DNA of 64,000 nucleotides from NCBI GenBank assembly GCA_043228905.1, contig JBHGNT010000001.1, positions 32,736,001 through 32,800,000 on the forward strand, read 5' to 3'. A model generated the notes under the pieces. The model worked only from the letters and a program-made list of their open reading frames with translations, was not told the DNA's origin and made no database searches. The stretch's first letter is position 1. Every line of letters starts with the position of its first letter. Shown piece by piece: positions 12,001 through 23,780 of this stretch. The position numbers were made by a program, and so were the translations under genes. Source of the stretch: Azolla caroliniana. Taxonomy: Eukaryota > Plantae > Polypodiophyta.

Positions 12001-15000
12001 TCAATTGATTATGTAACACTTGGCTAAATACCACATTGAGTGTGTTAAAGAAGCCAAGTATAGTTGGTTATGCTAACTAGCAGCAAAGGAGTGAGTAAAC
12101 TTTGTTAATTTCAAAAGGCTCATGTCAACAAAACTGAGGTGTTGCATTCCATAACTTGCTTAATGCAATCTAAAGGTCCATCATGTGGTGCTTCCATGAA
12201 TCGGAAAAGGAGTCTACACTTTATAGAGTTATCTAATGATGTCATGCACACGGCAAGACTTGAATGGAATGCTTGAGGTTGGTGAAAGCTTGGCTTATCA
12301 CTAGGGTATAATGCTAATGCAAGTAAAAACTGAGTTCATATTATAAACCTTTTTTATCCTTAGGATTAATTAAACTATCATACAATTAGTGCTCACATGC
12401 ATAGAACAATAATATGCTTTTATCAACAATCAATATTAAGTAGTAAAGACACCAATGAATTCAAACTCAGCTTTATAGATACAACGTTGTTGATTATCAT
12501 AGGTAGGGATCAATATAAGGATTTGACATTCAACCTACAATTTCCATGGTCCAGGTATTTTTAAACCATGTCAATCTGATGAGAAAGACAATTTTTTTAA
12601 TTTTGCAATCCCTTGACATTCTGAAAATGCGTTAATCATCTAAAAGCACAATATATGACATTTCCATAAATCAACATAATTCTATAAAAATGTCATGCAA
12701 ACTTTTCAAAGCTTTCCATGTAACATTTACTCAAAAACTTTCATAGCATCATAAAAAGATTATATAATCCAACTCGACAAAAAAATTAACTACACAAACC
12801 TCCAATAATATTATAGAAAGTTGATATTTTTACACACTTATGATGACATGTTTCTTGATCATGATCATGTAACTGTCAGGGATCCAATTCTTCTATTCTT
12901 CAAACCATTTGAAGCTTCAAATCATTCTCTCCACGTCATCTCTTTAAAATTGGCCTCATTTGGTGCATCTCTTCCAATCATTCTTTCACCTGTTGATGGC
13001 AACAAACATCAATAAATTTAAAATTTTGGGAGACAATTGGTCATGGTTCTGTTCATCTTGAAAAACCCTCTTTCACGTGCACCTAGCAACAGTGGCAAAA
13101 CAATGACCATTCTTCAATGTTTTATTCTTCATGAAAAGGATTGTTCCCATTCATCATGATTACAATAGTCGCTCCAAGAATCATGCATGCTTTTATCTTT
13201 AAAGCAAACTCCCATCCTCATAATAAAAGATCCAAGAATCATGGATGTTTTTATCTTTAAAACATAATCCCCATAAAATATGATCTTTCTCCTTTATATT
13301 CTTCTTCATTGATCCATGCATATGTGCCCGTAAAAGAATTGCATAACACTTGAAACCACTATCTGATGCATGCATCTAATTTGTGTAAATCATTAACGTA
13401 CTGCTTTGAACAAAAGAACTTTGTAACAGACGATCACATAATACAACAATCAATAATACAGCTTTGACATACACAGAGCATATAAGCTTTTCCTGTCTTA
13501 TATGTTCTATGCATACTCACTTTATCAACTTTATATATTGGATGCAAATGTTGGTGTGAAATGCTTCCAATGTCCACAAAAACCATGATTCAATTATCAC
13601 TAAGTACCTTTCTCATTGAGTTTATATTGATGTATGTTAGAGATAATAATTAAAATAATTTTTAAATATTAAATATAATTTTAGTTTAGCTATGCACTAG
13701 TAGCATTTAGGAAGGCTTGGGAGTCATGCGATACTAAAGTGTTTGGTACATATTGCATATTTTTTTATTTCTAAATCATGAAAAGCATGGTCCTTATTAA
13801 TTGCCACTAGTTAAATTCCTACATTGTAGATTATAGGGATAAAGGAACTTCTAAAGCCTCATAAATTTACCAAACCTCCCAACCAATGTCATTAAGATGT
13901 TTTTCAAACGTAATTCTTATAGAGAGAGTAACACCCCTTATGAAGGGTACTGTGAATTCTTCAAATACGAGGTACATGTAACTAAAGCAAGGGCTTTATT
14001 GTAAATTCAATACACATAGTGTTTCTTGACGCAGCGAAGATTACTCATTACTTGATCTTACAAGGTTACCATATAGTCTCACGGGTGGAATTGTGATGTC
14101 ACTAGAGAGGGGAGACCACCCATTAAGTAGTCCCTTATAGATGAAAGTTGAAATGTTGTATGGCACATTTATCATCTGATAAATGAATCCTATTTAGCAA
14201 CCTGGAATATCATTCCGATTGCAACTGTGATCTAATAGACTTATCCTTTCCCAAATTTAATAATGGCATATTGCCTGAGTTTATGGTCCAACCAAAACAA
14301 AATCCTCATTCCAAGTGCATTCACTGTCAAGTAAAGACCAAGGACCATAAATGAAGCTGAGTGAGATTTTCTTCGTAACTTGGCAAGACCAAACACAAGG
14401 GATGTCTTGCCAAACAGTTATTTGCATCTCAATGTCATAATAATTGATATTTCTAATCAAGGTATATAGTCTAGAGTTTGTAGCAGAAACACAATTAATT
14501 TTTACAGACCTTTTCCTGCATCTCAACAACAGCTCACTTTATAAATGAGACCAAATCACACAATTGGGCACAAAAGGCTAAATATTATACACAAACCACC
14601 ATGTGGTTAAATGTTTTTACAAAATATTGGGATTTCGATCCTTTATCTCATAAAATCAGGTCAACCTTACTTTTTAGCACATATTCTTATTTGGCAAAAG
14701 GGAAAACTCTAACTTATATTAACTTTCATACCTCTATTTGCAAGCAAAACAGAAAAGAAAAGGAGAAACTATAAACGACTGGGGATTTTTCAAATCAAAC
14801 TTGGATACTTTATTTCACATGGAAAAATAAGTTCAAACTGTTGGTCCTTATTTAGCCAAATCCTAATCAAACGAAACAAAATACTAAAAAACTTTAAGCG
14901 GACACAAATAAATTTACTTTGACGTTCTTCAAAGAAAACGTTTCTTTGTTCCGATGCTTAGGGTACCATAGAAGAGTGAAATAATGAAAGAAAACAGAAA

Positions 15001-15068
15001 TGAAATGAAATGAAATGAGGGGCACCTTAGTAATTATAGGAAAGGAAAGGATCAAGTTGAACATAATT

Positions 15069-15343
15069 CTATTGTTTCTGATGATCAGAAGGTGTGGTGG
15101 TTGCAGAGATCGGATCGGTTGGAAGAGTAGGAATGGCCTGCAAAATCAAAGGAAAAAAAGGACTAATGCGAGAGAGCGAGAGGAAATACGTGTGTGTGTG
15201 TGTGTGTTAAAAGGAAATGTTAAAAACAGAATTACCAAGTTGGGCTTGAAGATGTTGTGGACGATCGAAGCACCCAGTAGCAGAGAGGAGAGGCATACCA
15301 CGAATGAGAAGCTCATGGAAGGAGTCCCCGTTAAGTTAGCCAT
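15069..15343 (-). CDS. 58-aa single-pass microprotein, BRAWNIN/UQCC6 (C12orf73, DUF4516)-like. Exons 15236-15343 and 15069-15137
   Basis: Spliced product is MANLTGTPSMSFSFVVCLSSLLLGASIVHNIFKPNL|AIPTLPTDPISATTTPSDHQKQ*. Phase-0 intron GTAATT...TTTGCAG (98 nt). The hydrophobic helix plus GASIVHNIFKPNLAIP resembles the BRAWNIN core GAEVVHRYYRPDLTIP, recalled from memory. Confidence 0.8.
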
Positions 15344-16566
15344 GTACTGTGTCTGTGTCTGAGTGTTAGGGTGTCTCTCCTGAGTTTCAGAGACCTGCCA
15401 CACTGAACGTTCTTTCGATAGAGACCTGCCACACTAAACGGTTTGGTTTGGTTTTTGTTTTATATAAACGGTTCGGTTTCAATTGCCAACCGAACCGTGC
15501 CCATTGCTAGATGCATACAAAATCTCTTCTTATCATTATTTGGGAAGCTTTGATTAGTCTATAGATAGATAGAGATGCATACAAAATCTTGGGTAAGAAG
15601 ATTTGGCCCATTCCATGACACTTCTAATTCTAACTATGGTGTCCATTATGCATTTTGGTCTCTATTTATGTGTGTGGGTGTTTTATGTCATTATGTGTAT
15701 CTTCTTCTCCAAAATTATTGCCAAACATAAGACATTGCATTCAACATGGATCGTAGGTTTCTTCCATAAGAGATTGTTGCATCGTCTTTGTCCATTGTAT
15801 TTCTTTTGCGTTTGCCCTTGATATTCTATATTGTTCTCTGGAGCTTTGTTCTTTCGAGGGTTTTCCTAGTTTTGGTTTCGTTGTCGTTGTCAATTCAAGA
15901 ATTTACTAGTGAATATTGCACTTGAGTGAGTGGGCACATGTGGCTATGAAAGGGATGCCTTTAGGGAGTGGACCAAATTGACAGTGTGTGGAAGGCAAAC
16001 TTGAATATGGCCAAATTCAATGTATCAAAGAGTAATATTTAGATCTTCAAACTTGTTTAGGATAAAATATACACAATTAAAAAACACCCTCGTTTGTGCC
16101 CTATATCAATGTGTATAAAGTGTAGTCACTTGTAACTCAATGTCATAAGATCTTACATCACAAAGACTGTTAGCCAAGTCATATGGGAGCAATAGTGCAA
16201 TTGTCAAACAAAGGTATCTATTTTTAGCACAAGAGATGTTTTTAAAACAAATGCTTTTGAAACAAAATGTGACGACTTCATAAAAATCGCCATATATTAA
16301 GATTGAAGATCCTAGCATCAATTTTGATTTCCTATAAATAGTTAAATAGTTCACTTTCAACATTGTAATTTCTACATTCTTTAACCTACATCACATTTCA
16401 AGAGGAAAGTACGTGCGCTCTAAATGGCTGCTTTGCGCTAGTTTTAGGCCTCATTCATGGCATATGATGATAGAAAAATAGGGAATAAGATTTCAATGAA
16501 AATTTTCAATTGTGATAGAATACAACTTAGCAAGATCCTAGAAGAAGGAACTCAAGTGCCATAATG

Positions 16567-19500
16567 TTATGAGCTAGGAAATGTTAATGTTTTGTCAAAT
16601 TTCAACTCCTTCATTGAAGCCAGTACATGTTGTGCATCAACTGCAAATAACAACCACAAGGTCATCCATAACTAACCAAAGGAATCACTAAAATACTTCA
16701 AACATTTTTTATGAGCCGATCATAACGTTTACCCGGTGAAGGTCAAATATACATCTAGTTTAAGGTCTCACATTCCCCTAGCTAAGGTCCAACATTCACT
16801 TTGTCTAACATTTACCTTTTCATGGTCTCATATTTACCTAGCTATGATAAAGTATTCACCTAGTCAACATTCACCTCACCTGGTCAAGGTCTACTAGTCA
16901 TCTAGATACGGTCTAACAATTACCAGGGTAAGAATAATATTTACCCTAGTTAAGCTGTCATATTTACCTCGCAAGTCTTCTTGACGTAGTAGATCTGAAG
17001 GGACGTTGAGCTCGGATTGAATGGCTTGTCTAGCCACCGCAATTCCAAATGCAATGCTTGAAGCCATTCTTTTATGCAAGGACAGAGCGGTTAGTGTACC
17101 CGCTACAAAGCAATCCCCTGCTCCTGAAAGACTCACAATCGATGCTTGCAATGCAGGGAAATGCAAATAACACAGATTATTTGATTGAATTGCATCTCCT
17201 CTCATTTTTTCCCCTTCTTTATCAATATGCCATTATTTCTTAGAGCAAAGCACGACACCATGCTCTCCAAGAGTCAACACCACATAGATGATACCTCTTT
17301 GAAGTAGTTTAAGGATAAATGGCTGAAGACGATGAATGAGTGAATGAGGATCATTGTCGACATTGGTTTGGTTCAAAACATCATCAGGATTGTAATCAGC
17401 ACCCATTGCCATTGCCACAACCTCTGCCTCATTGGGTGACACGTACATTAACTGTAAAAGAAATAACAGAAAATAAGAAACAAGGGTTCGCATTTTCCAG
17501 AACATATAGTTGACTCATCACTTAGAAACTTATTTAGAATGCATATCCCCAGCTGAGGGTAAGTAATCTCTGCTAACAGTAAAAATAGGCGATGTGCAGT
17601 TATGGATGAACTCACATGTCGTGAAATAGTATTGTATCTCACTGATTTAGAGACTGAAACTGGCTCAAACCAGATAGGCAAATTTGCTGACTTGGCCACT
17701 ACATGAAAAAATAAGAGGAATTTTTAGATACATGCATCCACACAATCTTGTGATTAGGTTGAGGTGCCACATGTAGGTGGGAACTGGAAATCTATAAAAT
17801 AACATGAATACATTCTTGAACAAAGTGATAGCTGAAGTGAAGTGAATGACAAGATGCTAAAATGATGGGGCTTTCCCTTCTGTTTTGCATAATGACGCAA
17901 TTAGCAAATAGCAAAGGTTCTAAGAAAATAATATTTGCAGCCAAAATGATGACAGCTTTCTAATATTTGATGTCCAACAGAAAAAAATACAGATTTACAC
18001 AAAATTATATATCCACAAATCTTAAGGGAGAGAAACCTTACATATGCATGCAGCCTCTAGAGCATCTGTACTAAGGTTTGCATCGAGTACTAGGAAGCTA
18101 GCTCGTCTTATGTGACCCTCAAACTGACGAATCCATTCTGGAGTCAAATACTTTTCCTGTTCAGAGCAAGGTTCAGAAGACATGAGGAACCATAATCACG
18201 GTAAAAGAACAATGAACCTGATGGGCTTGCTCAGATAAATGGTTGTGCACACACACTGGCAGGTATTGATAATTATGAATCCTAGTTGTTTCATATGTAT
18301 AGAATTTGGGCTAAGATATTTCCACAATTTAGGCCAATAGTAATCCTTAATTCCTTTGAGGGAATCTTCCAAAACTCTTGGTCATAGAATATCCAAAAGT
18401 TTCCAACTCCATGAATAAATAGCAATTCGACAACAAATAGCCCTTTTTTACTAAAATAATATAGCATACTAAAACGACTGTAAAGCATCCAAAGAGTTAC
18501 AAACTAGACTATAAACATATTGAGAAGCAAAATTTGCACCAAATTCTCACAATAGTATGAGTATCAGCCACAGCTCCAGCTAATTCACCCTTTCCATCAA
18601 AAATAGCTGAAACAACAGGGGTCGATGCTCCAGAGCACTGAAGAATACCTGTAAACACAAATGAAAAAAGAAGTTATAATAATGATGTCAATCAAATCTA
18701 GCTAGAAGACACAATGAGAAGATCATAGACATACCATCTGTTACAAGTCTTAAAGATCGCCAATGTGTAAGCAAATCATCACCTAAAGAACCTTTCTCAT
18801 GTCAGTATATTCTACATTCTCTAGAACATTAGAGTACACATTTGAAATTTAAAGAAAATGTTAAATTACCTGCCATATCTTTGCCAACAACACTGATAAG
18901 GAAAGGATTCATTCCTAGCTTACACATGCATTCTGCGATGTTTCTCCCAACTCCTCCCCTAACATACCGAACCTTTCATGCAAAGTTAAATCCACAAGAA
19001 CAATCTTGAAAAGTGGATTATACTTCTAACTATGATCATAAAAATGAAAAATCTTTCAAAAATATAAGAATAACGTAAACGAGCATTCTTCATTGGGAGT
19101 TCACAATTTTTCTCTCCCAATGGGTACCTGGATGGATTGATTGATTCCTGAATAATTTCTTACACGCATGTGAATATGTCAGGATCAACATTTACCAGTT
19201 CCTTTACATCAATGAGATTAACTGACCATATCCTCTATCTGAAACTCTGATTTTTATGAGATCATAGAAAAGATCCACCTCTACATTTCCAAACACAAAG
19301 ATGTTCGACCTCACGTGGTTGACTATAGAGTAGTGTAAGGATGAGAAACTTACTTTTCCAGGTGTTGTTGTGGCAGCTTGAAGGTGTTGCGTGGCATTAG
19401 GAGTAGCATGAATATCAACCACCATTGCCCCGATCACAACAGGGCCACCAAAAGGTGATGATGACGAGCAACGAGAAGGGAAGCATTGGGGCCCCTAACA

Positions 19501-19952
19501 TGTAAAAATGAACAAATGAGAAAATAAATGTCAACCAGATGAAGGCAAAAACAAAATTCAGTGCAATTTCAAAAAATGTAGAACAAAACCATTTTGATTG
19601 ATACATGGGAATGTTTCAGGATATCGCTACTCAACCCCGGAAAAGAGAATAGAAAAGGGAATGACTTGACCATATACTAACTAGCACGTATAATTTCTCG
19701 AGAGGGAAGGTGACCAAGTGCATTTTGGGGACGCCATGAAAACTTCAAGGGGGCATTCTCGGAAATAAATAGAAACTCAGGGGTATTTGGAGGTTTACCT
19801 TAATAAATAAAGACATACCTGCTCAGGGAGATTCGAGGGGGTTTGCTTTACAGAGGAAGACGAAGAAGAAGAAAACTTACTTGCTCGGAGAGTGGGAGAT
19901 GGAGGTGTCGGACAAGAGCATCCAGCCTTCGTCTCCATGGATCCTCCTCCAT
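16567..19952 (-). CDS. PUKI: pfkB/ribokinase-family pseudouridine kinase (PUKI-like), 405 codons including an in-frame TAA at codon 293. Exons: 19881-19952, 19354-19494, 18870-18972, 18735-18782, 18551-18648, 18042-18156, 17616-17698, 16968-17451, 16567-16640
   Basis: GT-AG exons join in frame. Motifs: PVVIGAMVVDIHA, GGVGRNIAEC, LTPEWIRQF, VLDANLS, WFEPVSVSKS, SPNEAE, VLTLGEHG and the pfkB anion hole GAGDCFVAG, all collinear with Arabidopsis PUKI as recalled. Functional status is uncertain because of the TAA at 17235-17233. Confidence 0.85.
19902..19928 (-). other. PTS2 peroxisomal targeting nonapeptide RLDALVRHL of the PUKI-like protein
   Basis: Matches R-L-x5-H-L at residues 9-17. Cys residues follow in exon 2 (QCF, RCS) as candidate processing sites. 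Confidence 0.75.
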
Positions 19953-21396
19953 CGATGTATATCTCTCTCTGTCTCTTTCTCCGTCTCTAATCAATCAATC
20001 GAGACGTATGTCAATAAGCCACAGTAGAGGAGCTCTATGTGTCTTGGCACATGCATGGATGCATACATACATATACATACATATACTAGAGACGAGTATG
20101 CATACATGCACACATACATATATCATGTTCTTTTCTTCTTTGTGTACCATCTCCATGTATTTTCCCTTGTGAGTTTAGAGCCAAGGGCATCGCATGATAT
20201 TTTGAGACTTACAAAGCCTATGAAAGAATAATCACCCTGTTAGGGGTATATACTTATATTTTGGTTTTTTTTGTATCTTACCGACCCTAAAACATGATTC
20301 TCATATACAATTGGCAGCGTTGAGGGTAGAATCTAGATACAAACTTGAGAACATAAGTCATTCACGTTGGCTTATATACATACCAACAAATAATATCCAT
20401 AGTAGCAATTACCAAGTGGAGGTGGAGGAGCTATGTATTCTCAAAGTTGTGCAGACCATGCTTACAGTTATTACCACGTGATTATATTGAATCCTATCTC
20501 AATAGACACATGGGTTTGGTCACATGTTCAATCCATGTTTCCCCATTCCTATAATAGAATGTATGGGCCTCGTAAGAATGATGATGGGCCAACATACAAT
20601 GTTTATGCTCTGCCTTATTACATCCGGCATTTTTTATGTATAAAAGAGAAGTGTATCCATGTCATCTTCCCCATTCTAGACGGCACAAAAAATTGGGGCA
20701 TGGTATTGTGGAGTACAAAGAAAGAAAGAAAGATATATTAATGTCTTCTAAGGCCAAAATTGGCCCAAAGACAAAGGAGAGGGGAATTGAAAGTTTGTGT
20801 GAGTGTGTAGATTGATTAGTTATATTACATAGTGCGGTTGAGAGGTTGCATCCTATGAGAAAGTCTATTGTGAGGTTGTATAAGAGTCTTAGTACTCGCA
20901 CGATTGTAGTGTTTTGCGAGCATTTACATATAATCATATACATTGTAAATCTTTCTAAAAGTTCCCCTCATCCCTAGTTGACGATCTCAACAAGTATATA
21001 AATATCCATGGCAACTTCTCTCGATGGATCAAATGAATCTGTGATGTTTTAATTCAGAGAAGTTCGATGAAACATGTAGTCAGAATTAAACCTATCACTT
21101 GGTCTATTTTAGAACAAGTTAGGCCATTTGGTAAATGTAGCCTTTCATCACTAAACAAAAGTGGGCAATGTACAAATCATGTTGCAATAATGCAAAGATT
21201 GTTGACATAGTCAAGGAACTAGAGAATAAAGTTCTATGTAATGGAACGGATCAAAATAATATGCGTGTGTGAGAGAGAGAGGGGGGGAAGAGAGAATTAA
21301 GCATCGGCGACTATAAACTATCAAATTTGATCTGTAGGTCTTTGATTCAATTTATTTATATAGATTCAAATATGTCACAATCAGGAAATATCCGAT

Positions 21397-21468
21397 GGTT
21401 CTATGGTGTAGTGGTTAGCACTTTGGACTTTGAATCCAACGACCTGGGTTCGAATCCCGGTAGGACCT
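21397..21468 (+). tRNA. tRNA-Gln (anticodon TTG)
   Basis: 72-nt cloverleaf GGTTCTATGGTGTAGTGGTTAGCACTTTGGACTTTGAATCCAACGACCTGGGTTCGAATCCCGGTAGGACCT with A and B boxes, followed directly by an oligo-T Pol III terminator. Confidence 0.96.
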
Positions 21469-22339
21469 TTTTCAACGTTTAACGCACAACATTTTAACGT
21501 CCGCTAAGAAGAGCATGCTTGTGTTCTTATAAGTGTTATTATGTTATGGAATATTAAATGGGAGTTCAATCCTCAGGGTTACAATTTTTACTTCACAACA
21601 ATAGATCATTGTAAATGAAAAGTTGAATTTCTACATTCTCATTGCATATAGTATATGGAAAATGTGTGTGCATGTCATATGACCACTGGCATTATGCTAC
21701 ATGTAGAGCATTCTAAAATATCCTTTTTTGATAATCTGATGTGTTCAAGCTTTTTTTATTTTACAATAACCAAATTTCAAGTATCTTGTCCCTATATAAG
21801 CTCAAAGTTATGTGAGGTACTATGTTGAAGGTTGTTTATAGAAGAGAATTATTGGTCATCCATGGAACAATGCCTTCCAGTTAAAATTTGAAAATATTAA
21901 GTAGAGAGAACAAAGTCAAATTGCTCTGACAACTTTGATGATTCACAACCATTACCATAAGGAGTATACATAACTTTGCTAGAAACACGTGCAAAACATT
22001 AATGGAAGGACTATGACGTCAAACAAATAGATTCAAGTTGGGTGCATACAACGTTCAATATCAAATCATGTTCTCTTACTTTAGACTAACAAAGCAGTCT
22101 TTAAATATCATTGTTTATCATGGTAGAATGACCATTTTCCATCTTGTGAAGCCGCATGTACCCAAAATTCCAAATCTTGTTGTAACTAGTAGAGAAATTT
22201 AGATATTATCTTCTTAAAACACTTCCTTCACTTTCTAAGGTGTGAGAAAAGACAGGCCTCAAACTAACAAGATCGATATTGTCAATTGATGAACCGCCAA
22301 CATACAAAAACACACTTATTGGTTTTCCTCATATTCTCG

Positions 22340-23780
22340 CTATTTTGAGAATGCCTTGCCAAATAATGAGCAATCATAACCACGTACATCAACATCACAC
22401 GCTATTTCTAGGATCCTTGTGTATGAATAGCTGCATTGGACATAATTCTTGGCAATTTTCATATTCATTTGCACAACTTGATTGAACAACAAAGTCCCTA
22501 GGTTTACATCTTTCCCATTGTTTTTACAAGCACTACTCGATAGCACCAGAGGATGGCAAAGATTCGATCTTAAAAACCGCCTTATCAAAGTGGCCTACGC
22601 ATCCAAACACCACCATTGTGCATGTATATGGGCGTGTTGGGCTTGGAATAATAGCATATGCCTTTGCTTCATCATGCCAAAATACGATTTGAGAAGATTT
22701 ATGCCACATATCGGAAAGTCTTGATCGAGGGTGTACATGCACATGGAATCAATATGAAGGTGATATCATCTCGAAAGGAGACCATTATGTTGTTTCCTTT
22801 ACAAACAATCCAATGCTTATGGACCTTGCTCTACCCAAATATGAGAGTACTCTTCAGTGATTATGTTCCAAATACAAAGCTTTCTGCCTTTGAGAGGTCA
22901 CCACATTTGGAGTACAAAGAGTACATACATATACACCAAAACATTGTGTAGCCTGCAGGTACCAATTTGGAGTAAGCCTCCTGTCACAATCTTGTTGTCA
23001 ATTTCTTTTTACTGATCAACAACCCTATGCTTCCACAACCTTCAAAGATAGAAATGAAAGTGGCAGTAATTTTGGAGGGAATCCCTCTCCTTTGCATCCT
23101 TTCAAAGCACATCAAATACTTCATGATCTTGCCCACCTTGTGTGAGAAAATCCTGCAATAAGTGAAGATCAAACAATGACATCTCTGATAGGGATTTCTG
23201 AATACTCCTTGAGTCTTTGCAAGTGCATCACATTTGCTTACATTTTCACCAAGAAGACACATTACCAAGAAGAATAGTTTTATTCAGGAAGCCCCCTTCT
23301 GGCAATGTCATCATGAGTTCTGTTTTGCCCCCTTTTTCCATAGCTACCACATTGCCACAAGCCTTCAAAATGCAAGTAGTTTTGGCCATGTCTGGGGATG
23401 CATGTACCCTGCCATGAGTGCATTCCAAAGATACCACATTTTGAGCTCCAAGTTCATCATGCACTTTCTTGTGGTTTTGCAGCCATGGATTGATCATGCA
23501 CTCCTTGAGAAGCCTCTCTCGACAATCTCCTCATGGATGTCTTCATCCATGTGGATAGCTCCCCTTTGCTACTACAAGCTTCCAATATGAAAGTGCAAAC
23601 AACTGCATTTGATGAGAACCCTAAACTGAAAAAACTTTTTACATACTGTTGGTCTTTTTCTAGAATCAAAACCTCATGGACAAACTCAGGAAAACACAGG
23701 AATTCACCTGAAGAAGCCCACTCGATCCTTTTTTTTGAAAAAAAACCAGCTTTAAGCTTAGGAAATCTTCCGTCCACCAA
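22340..23780 (-). pseudogene. Decayed PLS-class pentatricopeptide-repeat (PPR) gene with an E-domain-like C-terminus
   Basis: Intronless fragments in shifting frames: CILKACGNVVAMEKG, KCDALAKTQGVF, FERMQRRGI, TFISIFEGCGSIG, YAIIPSP...YTCTMVVFGCVGHFDKA and SACKNNGKDVNLG. Many frameshifts and stops. Confidence 0.8.

Noticed and set aside
17210-17260. Small intron that would remove the PUKI internal stop
   Set aside because: Available GT...AG pairs give under about 50 nt, lack a pyrimidine tract, and would delete the conserved GVVLCSK strand.
20318-20991. Possible solo LTR (GTTGAG...CTCAAC ends) between PUKI and the tRNA
   Set aside because: No matching TSD found and the left end is not TG, so it cannot be supported.
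21397-21468. Ochre suppressor tRNA
   Set aside because: The anticodon loop reads CT-TTG-AA, a normal Gln anticodon.
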